Notes: generated by a model not told the origin, from the letters alone. A stretch of DNA of 64,000 nt from an uncultured Chloroflexia bacterium (GCA_963707215.1 CAVPPB010000001.1:192001-256000); one strand, 5' to 3'. Positions 53,426 to 63,429 are shown, numbered from the stretch's first letter. Translations and numbers: made by a program.

Positions 53426-54325
53426 CTACGCAGTCCCGTCACACGGCCCGTGCGGCCCTTCGACCGGGGCTCCCGGCGCGAGCGGGCCGACGGCACCGGG
53501 CGTCCACTCAGGCCGGTCGCCTTCCGGCCAGTCGTTGAAGACCTCGGTCAGCCATCGACCGAAACGACCAGGTGGTGGTCGCCGGGGAGCGTCGCGGGTG
53601 AGCTCGAAGATCGCACACCAGAGCCGGGCCGTCAGGGCCTCCACGGCCTCGCGCGATGGGCGGCCCTCGGGCACGATCGGCACGCCGATGCGGAGCCGGA
53701 CGGTCCGACCGACACCGATCCAACTCGTCCCCACGAGCCCCACTGGAACGATCGGGACCTTCGCTCGCAGGGCGAAGTAGGCGGCGCCCTCCGAGAGCGG
53801 CAGGAGCTCGCCCTCACGAGCGTGGATCCGACCCTCGCCGAAGATCCCCAGCGAGGCCCCGGCGTCAAGGACGGCGGCAACGCGGCGGGTGGTGTCGAGG
53901 AGGTCGTCCTTGCCCGGCCGGAAGGGGACGGCGTTGCCGACCCAGCTCATGACCCGGTTCCGGGCTCCCACGTTCATGTCCTCCTCCTTCGGGCCGAACA
54001 GGTACATCCGAGGGCGCGGAGGCAGGCCGGCCATGAGGAAGACGGGGTCCGTCCAGTTCTGGTGGTTCGCGCAGACGAGGCAGGGGCCGGACGGGTAGCG
54101 TCCGCGCCCTTCTACGCGGAGGCGGACGATGACCCGGACGGCCAGCCAGACGAAGAGCCAGGTGGCCCAGTAGCGAAGCGTCCGGCGCCAGGGTGCGACC
54201 GGCGGGCCCGGCGGCCCAGAGCGCCCACGGCCTCCAGGTCGACGACCTCCAGCCGGAGGTTCCGGCGCTGGGGCCCGAGGATCCGGGGCTCGGTCCGTCG
54301 GCCGTTCCGGGGTCTCGTCGATCAT
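53426..54325 (-). CDS. Lysophospholipid acyltransferase (PlsC family)
   Basis: NHQNWTD (HxxxxD), FGEGR, VPIVPV. Confidence 0.9.
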   Translation of the reverse strand: MIDETPERPTDRAPDPRAPAPEPPAGGRRPGGRGRSGPPGPPVAPWRRTLRYWATWLFVWLAVRVIVRLRVEGRGRYPSGPCLVCANHQNWTDPVFLMAGLPPRPRMYLFGPKEEDMNVGARNRVMSWVGNAVPFRPGKDDLLDTTRRVAAVLDAGASLGIFGEGRIHAREGELLPLSEGAAYFALRAKVPIVPVGLVGTSWIGVGRTVRLRIGVPIVPEGRPSREAVEALTARLWCAIFELTRDAPRRPPPGRFGRWLTEVFNDWPEGDRPEWTPGAVGPLAPGAPVEGPHGPCDGTA

Positions 54326-54388
54326 GAGCCGATGATGCGCCGACCAGGCCTCTGCGGGAAGGGCTGATCGGGCGAACGGGGCACTCCC

Positions 54389-55090
54389 CTACCCCGCGAC
54401 TCCCAGCATGTCGATGACCCCCTCGTCAAGCCCGTCCAGCGAGTCCAGCACGAGCGAGGCGAGCACGCGCGCCCCGGGCGCCGGCGGAACGAGCGCCGAG
54501 GGCACGAGGACGACCCGCATGCCGGCGGCACGCGCGGCCCTGACCCCGTTGACCGAGTCCTCGACGACCAGGCACCGCGCGGCCTCTCGACCGAGGCGAT
54601 GGGCGGCCTCCAGGTAGACGTCCGGTGCCGGCTTCCCGTGGGCGACCTCGTCGGACGACACGACGACGTCGAAGGCCGGTCGCAGACCCAGTGCCTCGAG
54701 GGCGGCGTCGATCACGGCCGCGTGCGAGGACGACGCGAGGGCCAACGGATAGCGACCGCGGAGCCGCCGGACGGCCCGCACGGCCGGCTCGATCACCGGG
54801 ACAGGACGCGAGCGATAGCGGCCGACCACTCCCCCGATCACCTCGTCGACGATGGCATCGGGCGGCTCGCCCAGGACCAGACGCTCCGCCATGATCCGGG
54901 CCCAGCCGAGGCTGTTGGGACCCATGACCGCACGCTGATCCTCGGGGCCCCAGCGCAGCCCACGCCGGGCAGCGAAGTCGTCGCGGGACTCGTCCCACCA
55001 GGGCTCGGAGTCGACGAGGACGCCGTCGAGATCGAAGACGATCGCTTCGATGGGCGGCGGGGCGGCGCTGGGCCGCTCGACAGGTCGCAT
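54389..55090 (-). CDS. HAD family phosphatase
   Basis: FDLDGVLVDSE, GKPAPDVY, VEDSVNG. Confidence 0.93.
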   Translation of the reverse strand: MRPVERPSAAPPPIEAIVFDLDGVLVDSEPWWDESRDDFAARRGLRWGPEDQRAVMGPNSLGWARIMAERLVLGEPPDAIVDEVIGGVVGRYRSRPVPVIEPAVRAVRRLRGRYPLALASSSHAAVIDAALEALGLRPAFDVVVSSDEVAHGKPAPDVYLEAAHRLGREAARCLVVEDSVNGVRAARAAGMRVVLVPSALVPPAPGARVLASLVLDSLDGLDEGVIDMLGVAG

Positions 55091-55323
55091 CGACTCCTCC
55101 CTTCGGCCGACGAGGCTAGCACGGGCACCGACGACGGCAGCCACAGGTCCGCGGGTCCCGCGATCCGGCACGACAGTGGGCGCGAGGGGCAGCCAGGGGC
55201 GGAACGCTCCACGGGCCCATGCGACATTCGGCCGATGCCCTGCCGCACGGGGTCGGCCATGCTTGGGAGGCACCGGCGCCCAGTCCCCCCCTGCCACGAG
55301 CGCCCATCTGCCCTGGAGGCACC

Positions 55324-56295
55324 ATGCGCATCGACTTCCGCCTCGTCGGCTGGGGCGTCTTCCTGATCCTGGCCGGGGTGATCCCCCTGGCCGTCACCCA
55401 GGGCTGGATCCCGGCCGACCTCCGTTGGTGGGAGCTCTGGCCGCTCATCCTCATCGGCGCCGGCGTCGGGCTGCTCCTCCGCAGGACGTCGGCCGCACCG
55501 CTCGGCGGGCTCATCGTGGCCGCGACGTTCGGGCTCATGCTCGGTGGAGTCCTGGCCAGCGGCATCACGTTCCCGGTCGCCAACGTCGGCTGTCTGGGCA
55601 ACCAGGCCGGCGATCCCTTCCCGACCCAGAGCGGTGGTTTCGAGAGCCGCAACGTCGACGTCCTCGTCGACATGCCCTGCGGCGATGTGGAGATCAGCAC
55701 CGCCCCTGGAGCAGGCTGGAGCCTGTCCGGCTCGTCCGACGGCGGCGAGGTCCCCGATGTCGTGGCCTCCTCGGGCAGACTCACCGTGGCGGCCTCGGAC
55801 GGCGACGGTGGCATCCTCCGCTCTCGTTCCAGCTGGATCCTCGCCCTGCCGACGGACCCGACGCTCGATGTCGAAGTCCGGGCGAACGCTGGCAGCGCCC
55901 GGCTCGACCTGGCCGACGCGAGCCTCGGACGCGTCCGCGTCGGCCTGAATGCCGGCGACGCGACCGTCGACCTCGCGACCGCGACCGCCGAGCGCCTCGA
56001 CGTCGAGGTCAACGCCGGATCGGTGGGGGTCCTGCTCCCGGCGAGCTCGCTGACCGGGACGATGACCGTCAACGCGGGCTCGATCGAGCTGTGCTCGCAG
56101 CCCGGCGTGGCCCTCCGGATCCGGGCCAACGACAACATCACGGCCAGCTACGACTACGCCGACGCTGGCCTCATCGAGGTCTCCGAGAACCTCTGGGAAT
56201 CCCCGGACTGGTCCGGATCGGACACCCGGATCGAGCTCTCGACGACCGCCAACGCGGGCTCGTTCGCCCTCGATCCTGAAGGTGGCTGCAAGTGA
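55324..56295 (+). CDS. LiaF/LiaI-like N-terminal TM protein with extracellular beta-repeat domain
   Basis: WELWPLILIGAG TM motif; repeated NAGS/NAGD beta-strand units; GGAGG RBS. Confidence 0.75.
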   Translation: MRIDFRLVGWGVFLILAGVIPLAVTQGWIPADLRWWELWPLILIGAGVGLLLRRTSAAPLGGLIVAATFGLMLGGVLASGITFPVANVGCLGNQAGDPFPTQSGGFESRNVDVLVDMPCGDVEISTAPGAGWSLSGSSDGGEVPDVVASSGRLTVAASDGDGGILRSRSSWILALPTDPTLDVEVRANAGSARLDLADASLGRVRVGLNAGDATVDLATATAERLDVEVNAGSVGVLLPASSLTGTMTVNAGSIELCSQPGVALRIRANDNITASYDYADAGLIEVSENLWESPDWSGSDTRIELSTTANAGSFALDPEGGCK

Positions 56296-56936
56296 ACGAT
56301 CGACTCTACCGGTCCCGTGACGACCGGATCGTCGGGGGCGTCTGCGCCGGCCTCGCCGACCGCTTCGACCTCGACCCGTCACTGGTCCGCATCCTCTGGG
56401 CAGTGCTGTCGTTGCTCAGTGGCCTGCTCCCGGGCGCGTTCCTCTACGTGGTCATGCTGATCGTCGTTCCCGAGGAGCCGGAAGGCGCCACGGCGCCGGG
56501 GGCCCCACCGCCGCCGTGGCCGACCGAGCCACCGAGCCAGGATCCCGCGACCGGCCAAGCTCCGGCCGGACCTCCGGCCGCGGATACCTCCTCGGCCACC
56601 GCCGGAGCGGGCGCAGCATGGGCAGCGCCGGCGCCGCCGACCTCCCCCGAGGACCCGGGCACGGGCACGACGGCGTGGGTCCCGCCGGCCCAGGCCTACG
56701 CGGATCGGCGAGCCCGGCGGGCCGCGCGACGGCAGCGCAATGACGGTGCGGTCGCCCTCGTCTTCGGCGTCCTGCTGATCCTCGTCGGCGCCTGGTTCCT
56801 GCTCCGACCGTACCTGCCGTCCTTCGACTGGGGCGTCGTGTGGCCGATCATCATCATCGGCCTCGGCGTGGTCCTCCTGGTCGGGGCACTGGCCCGGCGG
56901 ACGCCGACGGACGGCGGGGGCCCGCCGACCACCTGA
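56292..56936 (+). CDS. pspC: PspC domain protein with C-terminal LiaI-like TMs
   Basis: RLYRSRDDRIVGGVCAGLADRFDLDPSLVR...YVVMLIVVPEEP. Confidence 0.93.
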   Translation: MNDRLYRSRDDRIVGGVCAGLADRFDLDPSLVRILWAVLSLLSGLLPGAFLYVVMLIVVPEEPEGATAPGAPPPPWPTEPPSQDPATGQAPAGPPAADTSSATAGAGAAWAAPAPPTSPEDPGTGTTAWVPPAQAYADRRARRAARRQRNDGAVALVFGVLLILVGAWFLLRPYLPSFDWGVVWPIIIIGLGVVLLVGALARRTPTDGGGPPTT

Positions 56937-57029
56937 AGCGGGTCGCCCTCGCTCCCGGACCTCGGTTCGTCGCGCGGCTATTCCGTCGCCGGGTCGCCCT
57001 CGCCGAGCCCACTCCCGTAGGATGCGGCG

Positions 57030-58112
57030 GTGCCACCCGTTCATCCGGCCGTCCTGCTCGCCACCCTCGCCGGGATCGGCTTCGGCCTCTGGCTCCTCGT
57101 TCGCGGGTTCCGCGGACGGATCGACGCGTCGCGGATCGCCGACACGGCCACCTCATCGATCGCCTCGATCGCCCTCGGCGAGGTCCGGGTGAGCGGTGTC
57201 GTCGAGGCCGCCGAGCTGCTCCTCGCGTCACCGCTCCAGGACGTCCCGTGCGTCTACTACCGCTCCCGGGTGGACGATCGCGGGTCGGACTGGTCGGGTG
57301 GCGATCACAGCGAGGAACGGGCGGTCGGCTTCCGGGTGCGCGACGCGTCCGGCGCCCTCCGGGTGTTCCCCCACGGCGGCCGCTGGGACGTGCCCGATCG
57401 GTTCGACGAGTCGAGCTCGCGGCTCAGCGGCGCTCCGCCGGGCCTCCGCTTCCGGGTCGGCGGGGCCTACCGACCGGCCGATCCGGATCGGGACGCATTG
57501 GTCGCCGAGTTGCTGACGGTCCGTGAGCCGGGGACGCTGCAGGACTGGACCGGCGGGGGCGTCTGGGCGCCGGGCGCCGAGCCACAGCTGCGGTACCGCG
57601 AGGCCCGCGTCGAGCCCGGGGACGTCGTGACGATCCTCGGTCGCGTCATCCGGTTCGGCGATCTGCCCGACCCGACCGGCGCAGACGTGGACGCGGCGGT
57701 CGGTGGCCCGATGGCGGCCCTCGACGATCCGGCGATCGCCGCGGACATCGCGGCAGCCCGCGCGGCCGGGGCCCTCGAGACGGACCCGGCGGAGGCCTGG
57801 GGCAATGCCGCGATCCCGGGCTTCGGGATCGGGCAGCCCATCAGCGAGCCGGAGCTCCACCCGGAGGCGACCCCGGCGACCCTCGCCTCGGTGGAACAGG
57901 GCGACCGCTTCGAGCGCACGTTCGACCTCTCGCCCGGATCCTTGGTCCTGGCCGCCGACCCGGACGTGCCGCTGATCGTCTCCCTCGGCTCACCCGGCGA
58001 GGCCGCCGATCGCCACGACGACCGGTTCGCGGTGGGGCTGCTCGGCGCCATCCTGGCCATCGCCTCAGCCGTCGTCCTGGCGCTGGCACTGAGCGGGATC
58101 GTCGTCCCATGA
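57030..58112 (+). CDS. GIDE-like domain membrane protein
   Basis: TM, RIADTATSSIASIALGEVRVSG, SPL..PCVYY, FRVRDASG, YREARVEPGDVVTILG, C-terminal TM. Confidence 0.65.
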   Translation: MPPVHPAVLLATLAGIGFGLWLLVRGFRGRIDASRIADTATSSIASIALGEVRVSGVVEAAELLLASPLQDVPCVYYRSRVDDRGSDWSGGDHSEERAVGFRVRDASGALRVFPHGGRWDVPDRFDESSSRLSGAPPGLRFRVGGAYRPADPDRDALVAELLTVREPGTLQDWTGGGVWAPGAEPQLRYREARVEPGDVVTILGRVIRFGDLPDPTGADVDAAVGGPMAALDDPAIAADIAAARAAGALETDPAEAWGNAAIPGFGIGQPISEPELHPEATPATLASVEQGDRFERTFDLSPGSLVLAADPDVPLIVSLGSPGEAADRHDDRFAVGLLGAILAIASAVVLALALSGIVVP

Positions 58113-58690
58113 ACCCGCTGGTCGCGGCCGCGCTCTTCGCGATCCTGCTGTTCGGCCTCGTCGTCGGCTTCTGGATCGTCTCGACCTTCAACGCCGTCAT
58201 CGCCCTTCAGCTTCGGATCGACAAGGCCTGGGCGAACGTCGAGGTCGCCCTGAAGCAGCGCTACGATCAGCTACCGAACCTGGTCAGCGCGGTCCGCGAC
58301 CTGATGACCTTCGAACGCGCGACGCTCGAGCGGGTCACCGAGCTCCGGGCCGCCTTCCATCCGAAGGCGCCCGTCGGCGAGCAGGCCGTCGTCTCGGCAG
58401 CGACCAGCGCGGCTGTCCGACAGCTGTTCGCCGTCGTCGAACGCTATCCCGAGCTCCGCTCCCAGGAGAACGTCCTCGACCTCCAGAACGAGATCGAGCG
58501 CCTCGAGGGCCTCATCGCCGATCGCCGGGAGCTCTACAACGACCAGGTCTACCGCTACGACACCCGCATCGCCCAGGTCCCGACGGCCTGGCTGGCCACG
58601 CTCTTCGGGTGGCAGCCCCGCGAGTTCTTCGACGCGGAAGCGGCTGCCGACGAACGTCCGGACACGGACCTCAGCATGCGGCCGAGGTAG
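58109..58690 (+). CDS. lemA: LemA family protein
   Basis: AWANVEVALKQRYDQLPNLV, ERYPELRS, RRELYNDQV. Confidence 0.95.
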   Translation: MNPLVAAALFAILLFGLVVGFWIVSTFNAVIALQLRIDKAWANVEVALKQRYDQLPNLVSAVRDLMTFERATLERVTELRAAFHPKAPVGEQAVVSAATSAAVRQLFAVVERYPELRSQENVLDLQNEIERLEGLIADRRELYNDQVYRYDTRIAQVPTAWLATLFGWQPREFFDAEAAADERPDTDLSMRPR

Positions 58691-58730
58691 GGTCACCCAT
58701 CCGAGCAGGAGCGACGCCCGAACGTTCGGC

Positions 58731-59561
58731 ATGACGCTGAGAGGGTCGACCATGGTCCGCGGGCGCCCCGGGCGGTCGCTCTTCGCGGTCCGGTCGGCGC
58801 GACCGCTCGCCGCCTGGGTCCTCGCGGCAGCGGCTGTCCTCCTCGCCCCCGAACCCACCCTCGCCCATGCCCCGCTCGTCGTCCCCGGCGGCAACGAGGC
58901 ACCGGGATCGGCGTTCGTGCTGGACGATCCGGCCCGGTCCCTCGCCCTCGGTTCGACGCTCGTGACGCCGGGCGAGGTCGACTGGTACCGCATGGAGCTA
59001 GCGGCCGGCGACCCCCTGGTGGTGGCGATGACCGCTCCCGACGCCGAGGGCGGGATCCCTGCCGACATCACCGTGATCGGGCCTGGTCTGCCGCCGCTCG
59101 ACGATTCGACCGCCTGGCTGGCCGAGATCGTGGGGGGCCAAGGGGCGGTCCGCCACCGGGCCGACCCCGACGGAGTGCTGGCGACCCACGGCGGGCTCGG
59201 GTTCATCGAGCACGGCGGCATCACGACCACGGCACCCCAGGCCGGCACCTACTGGATCGCCGTCACCGCCTCCGATCCGGCCGCCACCGGGAAGTACGTC
59301 CTCGCGCCCGGGACCGAGGAGCGGTTCGGTCTCGAGGATGCCGTCGGGATGGCGGCCCTGGTCGGGCTCTTCGAGGCCTCGTGGCCTCCCGAGCCCGGGA
59401 CGACCGGGGCTGGCTCGGCCGCCGGGCCCCTGGTCGCCGGGTCGGCGATCCTCGTCCTGGGCCTGGTCGTCGGCATCGTCCTGCTCGTCGGGGTCCGCAG
59501 GTCTCGCGGCTCATCTCCGACGGGTCGGGCGTCGGCGAACGAGGATCGGGGAAGTGCCTGA
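58731..59561 (+). CDS. Secreted/membrane-anchored hypothetical protein (PPC-like beta domain)
   Basis: Signal peptide ending TLA-HAP, GEVDWY, AGTYWIAV, C-terminal TM plus RRSR; start uncertain. Confidence 0.7.
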   Translation: MTLRGSTMVRGRPGRSLFAVRSARPLAAWVLAAAAVLLAPEPTLAHAPLVVPGGNEAPGSAFVLDDPARSLALGSTLVTPGEVDWYRMELAAGDPLVVAMTAPDAEGGIPADITVIGPGLPPLDDSTAWLAEIVGGQGAVRHRADPDGVLATHGGLGFIEHGGITTTAPQAGTYWIAVTASDPAATGKYVLAPGTEERFGLEDAVGMAALVGLFEASWPPEPGTTGAGSAAGPLVAGSAILVLGLVVGIVLLVGVRRSRGSSPTGRASANEDRGSA

Positions 59562-59785
59562 ACCGGTACGAACGGGGCCCCGACAGCTGACCTCCGGGGC
59601 ATGGAGATACCTTCCCGCGGAAGCAAACTCGGGTAGCATGCCTCCACCCGTGGGAGGTCCCCGTGCCCGGTCGGGCGGGGCGCCACGGCCGGTCTGCCGT
59701 CGCAGGCACATCCGGTCGCCCTCTGACTGACCTCACCCTGAGACCGAGCGTCCAGGACCGACCGCAACACAAGGGAGACATCGGG

Positions 59786-62700
59786 ATGACATCGTCGACC
59801 GCCGGCCGGGGCGTGCTGCGCCGGATGCTGCACCTCTGGGTCCTCGCGGCCCTGCTCCTGCTGACCGTCGGCGTGGTTCCCGCCCGGGCGGCGACGCTGG
59901 CGAACTTCCCGACCTCGAATGCCGCGGTCACCTCGGTGCTCGCGAGCCCGACGAACGCGTACGCGGATGACGGTGTCTACGCAACGGCGACCATGACCAA
60001 GAACCACACCGTCGCCCACGATTTCGGCGACTTCGGGTTCGACTCGATCCCGGTCGGGGCGACCATCACCTCGGCCACCCTGGAGATCCAGTTCAAGCTC
60101 GGGTCGAGCCAGGGCGACGATGTCGTCAGGGCGCAGGCATACGTCTCCGGGGTGGCATCCGGCGCGGCCGCCGTGAACAGCTCTCAGCCCACGACCGACA
60201 CGATCCTCAGCACCTCGACCCTCGGGATCACGTCGCGCACCCAGCTGCTCGATGGCACGTTCGCGGTCCGCGTGACGGCCTCACGGACCACGCCCGGTCC
60301 ACCGAGCCACCTCTTCTTCCTCGACTACGTGAAGGTCACGGTGGTCTACACGGACACCGATACGACCCCGCCGGTCGTGACCGTGCCGACCGACATCACG
60401 ACCGAGGCGACCGGACCGAGCGGGGCCGTCGTGACCTTCAGCGCGAGCGCGATCGACAACGTCGACGGGTCGCTCGTCCCGGTCTGCGTGCCGGCCTCGG
60501 GCAGCACCTTCGCCCTCGGCACCACGACGGTCACCTGCAGCGCGACCGACGCCGCCGGGAACACCGGTAGCGCGAGCTTCAGCGTGACGGTCGTCGACAC
60601 GACCCCGCCGGTCGTGACCGTGCCGACCGACATCACGACCGCGGCGACGAGCCCCGCGGGGGCCGTCGTCGCCTTCAGCGCCAGCGCGACCGACCTCGTC
60701 GACGGGGCGATCAGCCCCGTCTGCCTGCCGGCCTCGGGCAGCCTCTTCCCGGTCGGCACGACCCAGGTCACCTGTACCGCCACCGACACCGCCGGCAACA
60801 CCGGCAGCGCTTCCTTCGACGTGACGGTCAGCCCGTACGTCGACGACGTCGACCCCATCGTGACCGTGCCGACCGACATCACGACCGAGGCGACCGGACC
60901 GAGCGGGGCCGTCGTGACCTTCAGCGCGAGCGCGATCGACAACGTCGACGGGTCGCTCGTCCCGGTCTGCGTGCCGGCCTCGGGCAGCACCTTCGCCCTC
61001 GGCACCACGACGGTCACCTGCAGCGCGACCGACGCCGCCGGGAACACCGGTAGCGCGAGCTTCAGCGTGACGGTCGTCGACACGACCCCGCCGGTCGTGA
61101 CCGTGCCGACCGACATCACGACCGCGGCGACGAGCCCCGCGGGGGCCGTCGTCGCCTTCAGCGCCAGCGCGACCGACCTCGTCGACGGGGCGATCAGCCC
61201 CGTCTGCCTGCCGGCCTCGGGCAGCCTCTTCCCGGTCGGCACGACCCAGGTCACCTGTACCGCCACCGACACCGCCGGCAACACCGGCAGCGCTTCCTTC
61301 GACGTGACGGTCAGCCCGTACGTCGACGACGTCGACCCCATCGTGACCGTGCCGACCGACATCACGACCGAGGCGACCGGACCGAGCGGGGCCGTCGTGA
61401 CCTTCAGCGCGAGCGCGATCGACAACGTCGACGGGTCGCTCGTCCCGGTCTGCGTGCCGGCCTCGGGCAGCACCTTCGCCCTCGGCACCACGACGGTCAC
61501 CTGCAGCGCGACCGACGCCGCCGGGAACACCGGTAGCGCGAGCTTCAGCGTGACGGTCGTCGACACGACCCCGCCGGTCGTGACCGTGCCGACCGACATC
61601 ACGACCGCGGCGACGAGCCCCGCGGGGGCCGTCGTCGCCTTCAGCGCCAGCGCGACCGACCTCGTCGACGGGGCGATCAGCCCCGTCTGCCTGCCGGCCT
61701 CGGGCAGCCTCTTCCCGGTCGGCACGACCCAGGTCACCTGTACCGCCACCGACACCGCCGGCAACACCGGCAGCGCTTCCTTCGACGTGACGGTCAGCCC
61801 GTACGTCGACGACGTCGACCCCATCGTGACCGTGCCGACCGACATCACGACCGAGGCGACCGGACCGAGCGGGGCCGTCGTGACCTTCAGCGCGAGCGCG
61901 ATCGACAACGTCGACGGGTCGCTCGTCCCGGTCTGCGTGCCGGCCTCGGGCAGCACCTTCGCCCTCGGCACCACGACGGTCACCTGCAGCGCGACCGACG
62001 CCGCCGGGAACACCGGTAGCGCGAGCTTCAGCGTGACGGTCGTCGACACGACCCCGCCGGTCGTGACCGTGCCGACCGACATCACGACCGCGGCGACGAG
62101 CCCCGCGGGGGCCGTCGTCGCCTTCAGCGCCAGCGCGACCGACCTCGTCGACGGGGCGATCAGCCCCGTCTGCCTGCCGGCCTCGGGCAGCCTCTTCCCG
62201 GTCGGCACGACCCAGGTCACCTGTACCGCCACCGACACCGCCGGCAACACCGGCAGCGCTTCCTTCGACGTGACGGTCAGCCCGTACGTCGACGACGTCG
62301 ACCCCATCGTGACCGTGCCGACCGACATCACGACCGAGGCGACCGGACCGAGCGGGGCCGTCGTGACCTTCAGCGCGAGCGCGATCGACAACGTCGACGG
62401 GTCGCTCGTCCCGGTCTGCGTGCCGGCCTCGGGCAGCACCTTCGCCCTCGGCACCACGACGGTCACCTGCAGCGCGACCGACGCCGCCGGGAACACCGGT
62501 AGCGCGAGCTTCAGCGTGACGGTCGTCGACACGACCCCGCCGGTCGTGACCGTGCCGACCGACATCACGACCGCGGCGACGAGCCCCGCGGGGGCCGTCG
62601 TCGCCTTCAGCGCCAGCGCGACCGACCTCGTCGACGGGGCGATCAGCCCCGTCTGCCTGCCGGCCTCGGGCAGCCTCTTCCCGGTCGGCACGACCCAGGT

Positions 62701-63424
62701 CACCTGTACCGCCACCGACACCGCCGGCAACACCGGCAGCGCTTCCTTCGACGTGACGGTCAGCCCGTACGTCGACGACGTCGACCCCATCGTGACCGTG
62801 CCGACCGACATCACGACCGAGGCGACCGGACCGAGCGGGGCCGTCGTGACCTTCAGCGCGAGCGCGATCGACAACGTCGACGGGTCGCTCGTCCCGGTCT
62901 GCGTGCCGGCCTCGGGCAGCACCTTCGCCCTCGGCACCACGACGGTCACCTGCAGCGCGACCGACGCCGCCGGGAACACCGGTAGCGCGAGCTTCAGCGT
63001 GACGGTCGTCGACACGACCCCGCCGGAGATCACCACGCCGGAGGGTGGGACCCCACCCGACATCCGCGTTCCGGCGACCGGTCCGACCGGGGCGGTCGTG
63101 GCCTTCGTGCTTGCCGCCACGGACCGGGTCGACGGTGCCGTGCCCCCGACGTGCACGCCGGCCTCGGGGAGCCTCTTCCCGGTCGGGACCACGACCGTCT
63201 CCTGCACGGCCGTGGATGCCACCGGCAACGTCGCGAGCGCCAGCTTCCGGGTCACAGTGGATCCGTACGTCGGGCCGACCCCGACCTTGCCGCCGACGGC
63301 GACGGAGTCTCCGATCGCGACAGGCACCGGCGCGTCGGTGGTCCCGGCTCTGGTCGTCCTCGGCGCGGTCGCCCTGCTCTTCGCCGCCGTCGCCTTCGAT
63401 CGCCGACGGCGAGTGGTTCGTTGA
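59786..63424 (+). CDS. HYR-domain surface protein (12 HYR domains) with C-terminal sorting-like signal
   Basis: Signal peptide; DTTPPVVTVP...SGSxFxxGTTxVTCxATDxAGN repeats; LPPTAT, TM, RRRR. Confidence 0.9.
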   Translation: MTSSTAGRGVLRRMLHLWVLAALLLLTVGVVPARAATLANFPTSNAAVTSVLASPTNAYADDGVYATATMTKNHTVAHDFGDFGFDSIPVGATITSATLEIQFKLGSSQGDDVVRAQAYVSGVASGAAAVNSSQPTTDTILSTSTLGITSRTQLLDGTFAVRVTASRTTPGPPSHLFFLDYVKVTVVYTDTDTTPPVVTVPTDITTEATGPSGAVVTFSASAIDNVDGSLVPVCVPASGSTFALGTTTVTCSATDAAGNTGSASFSVTVVDTTPPVVTVPTDITTAATSPAGAVVAFSASATDLVDGAISPVCLPASGSLFPVGTTQVTCTATDTAGNTGSASFDVTVSPYVDDVDPIVTVPTDITTEATGPSGAVVTFSASAIDNVDGSLVPVCVPASGSTFALGTTTVTCSATDAAGNTGSASFSVTVVDTTPPVVTVPTDITTAATSPAGAVVAFSASATDLVDGAISPVCLPASGSLFPVGTTQVTCTATDTAGNTGSASFDVTVSPYVDDVDPIVTVPTDITTEATGPSGAVVTFSASAIDNVDGSLVPVCVPASGSTFALGTTTVTCSATDAAGNTGSASFSVTVVDTTPPVVTVPTDITTAATSPAGAVVAFSASATDLVDGAISPVCLPASGSLFPVGTTQVTCTATDTAGNTGSASFDVTVSPYVDDVDPIVTVPTDITTEATGPSGAVVTFSASAIDNVDGSLVPVCVPASGSTFALGTTTVTCSATDAAGNTGSASFSVTVVDTTPPVVTVPTDITTAATSPAGAVVAFSASATDLVDGAISPVCLPASGSLFPVGTTQVTCTATDTAGNTGSASFDVTVSPYVDDVDPIVTVPTDITTEATGPSGAVVTFSASAIDNVDGSLVPVCVPASGSTFALGTTTVTCSATDAAGNTGSASFSVTVVDTTPPVVTVPTDITTAATSPAGAVVAFSASATDLVDGAISPVCLPASGSLFPVGTTQVTCTATDTAGNTGSASFDVTVSPYVDDVDPIVTVPTDITTEATGPSGAVVTFSASAIDNVDGSLVPVCVPASGSTFALGTTTVTCSATDAAGNTGSASFSVTVVDTTPPEITTPEGGTPPDIRVPATGPTGAVVAFVLAATDRVDGAVPPTCTPASGSLFPVGTTTVSCTAVDATGNVASASFRVTVDPYVGPTPTLPPTATESPIATGTGASVVPALVVLGAVALLFAAVAFDRRRRVVR
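60377..63025 (+). repeat. About 5.5 tandem copies of a 483-bp unit (two HYR domains per unit)
   Basis: Unit starts at 60377, 60860, 61343, 61826, 62309 and 62792; copies look identical by eye. Confidence 0.95.
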
Positions 63425-63429
63425 ACGAT

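Noticed and set aside
59540-59785. cccgacagctgacctc resembles the 3' end of the c-di-AMP (ydaO) riboswitch upstream of the HYR gene
   Set aside because: The 5' conserved elements (GCTGAATCC, GGGGTGAATC) are not visible, and the motif lies upstream of the candidate TAGCAT -10; cmscan would settle it
60377-63025. Long regular repeat considered as a CRISPR array or mobile repeat
   Set aside because: The unit is 483 bp, in frame, has no unique spacers and encodes HYR domains
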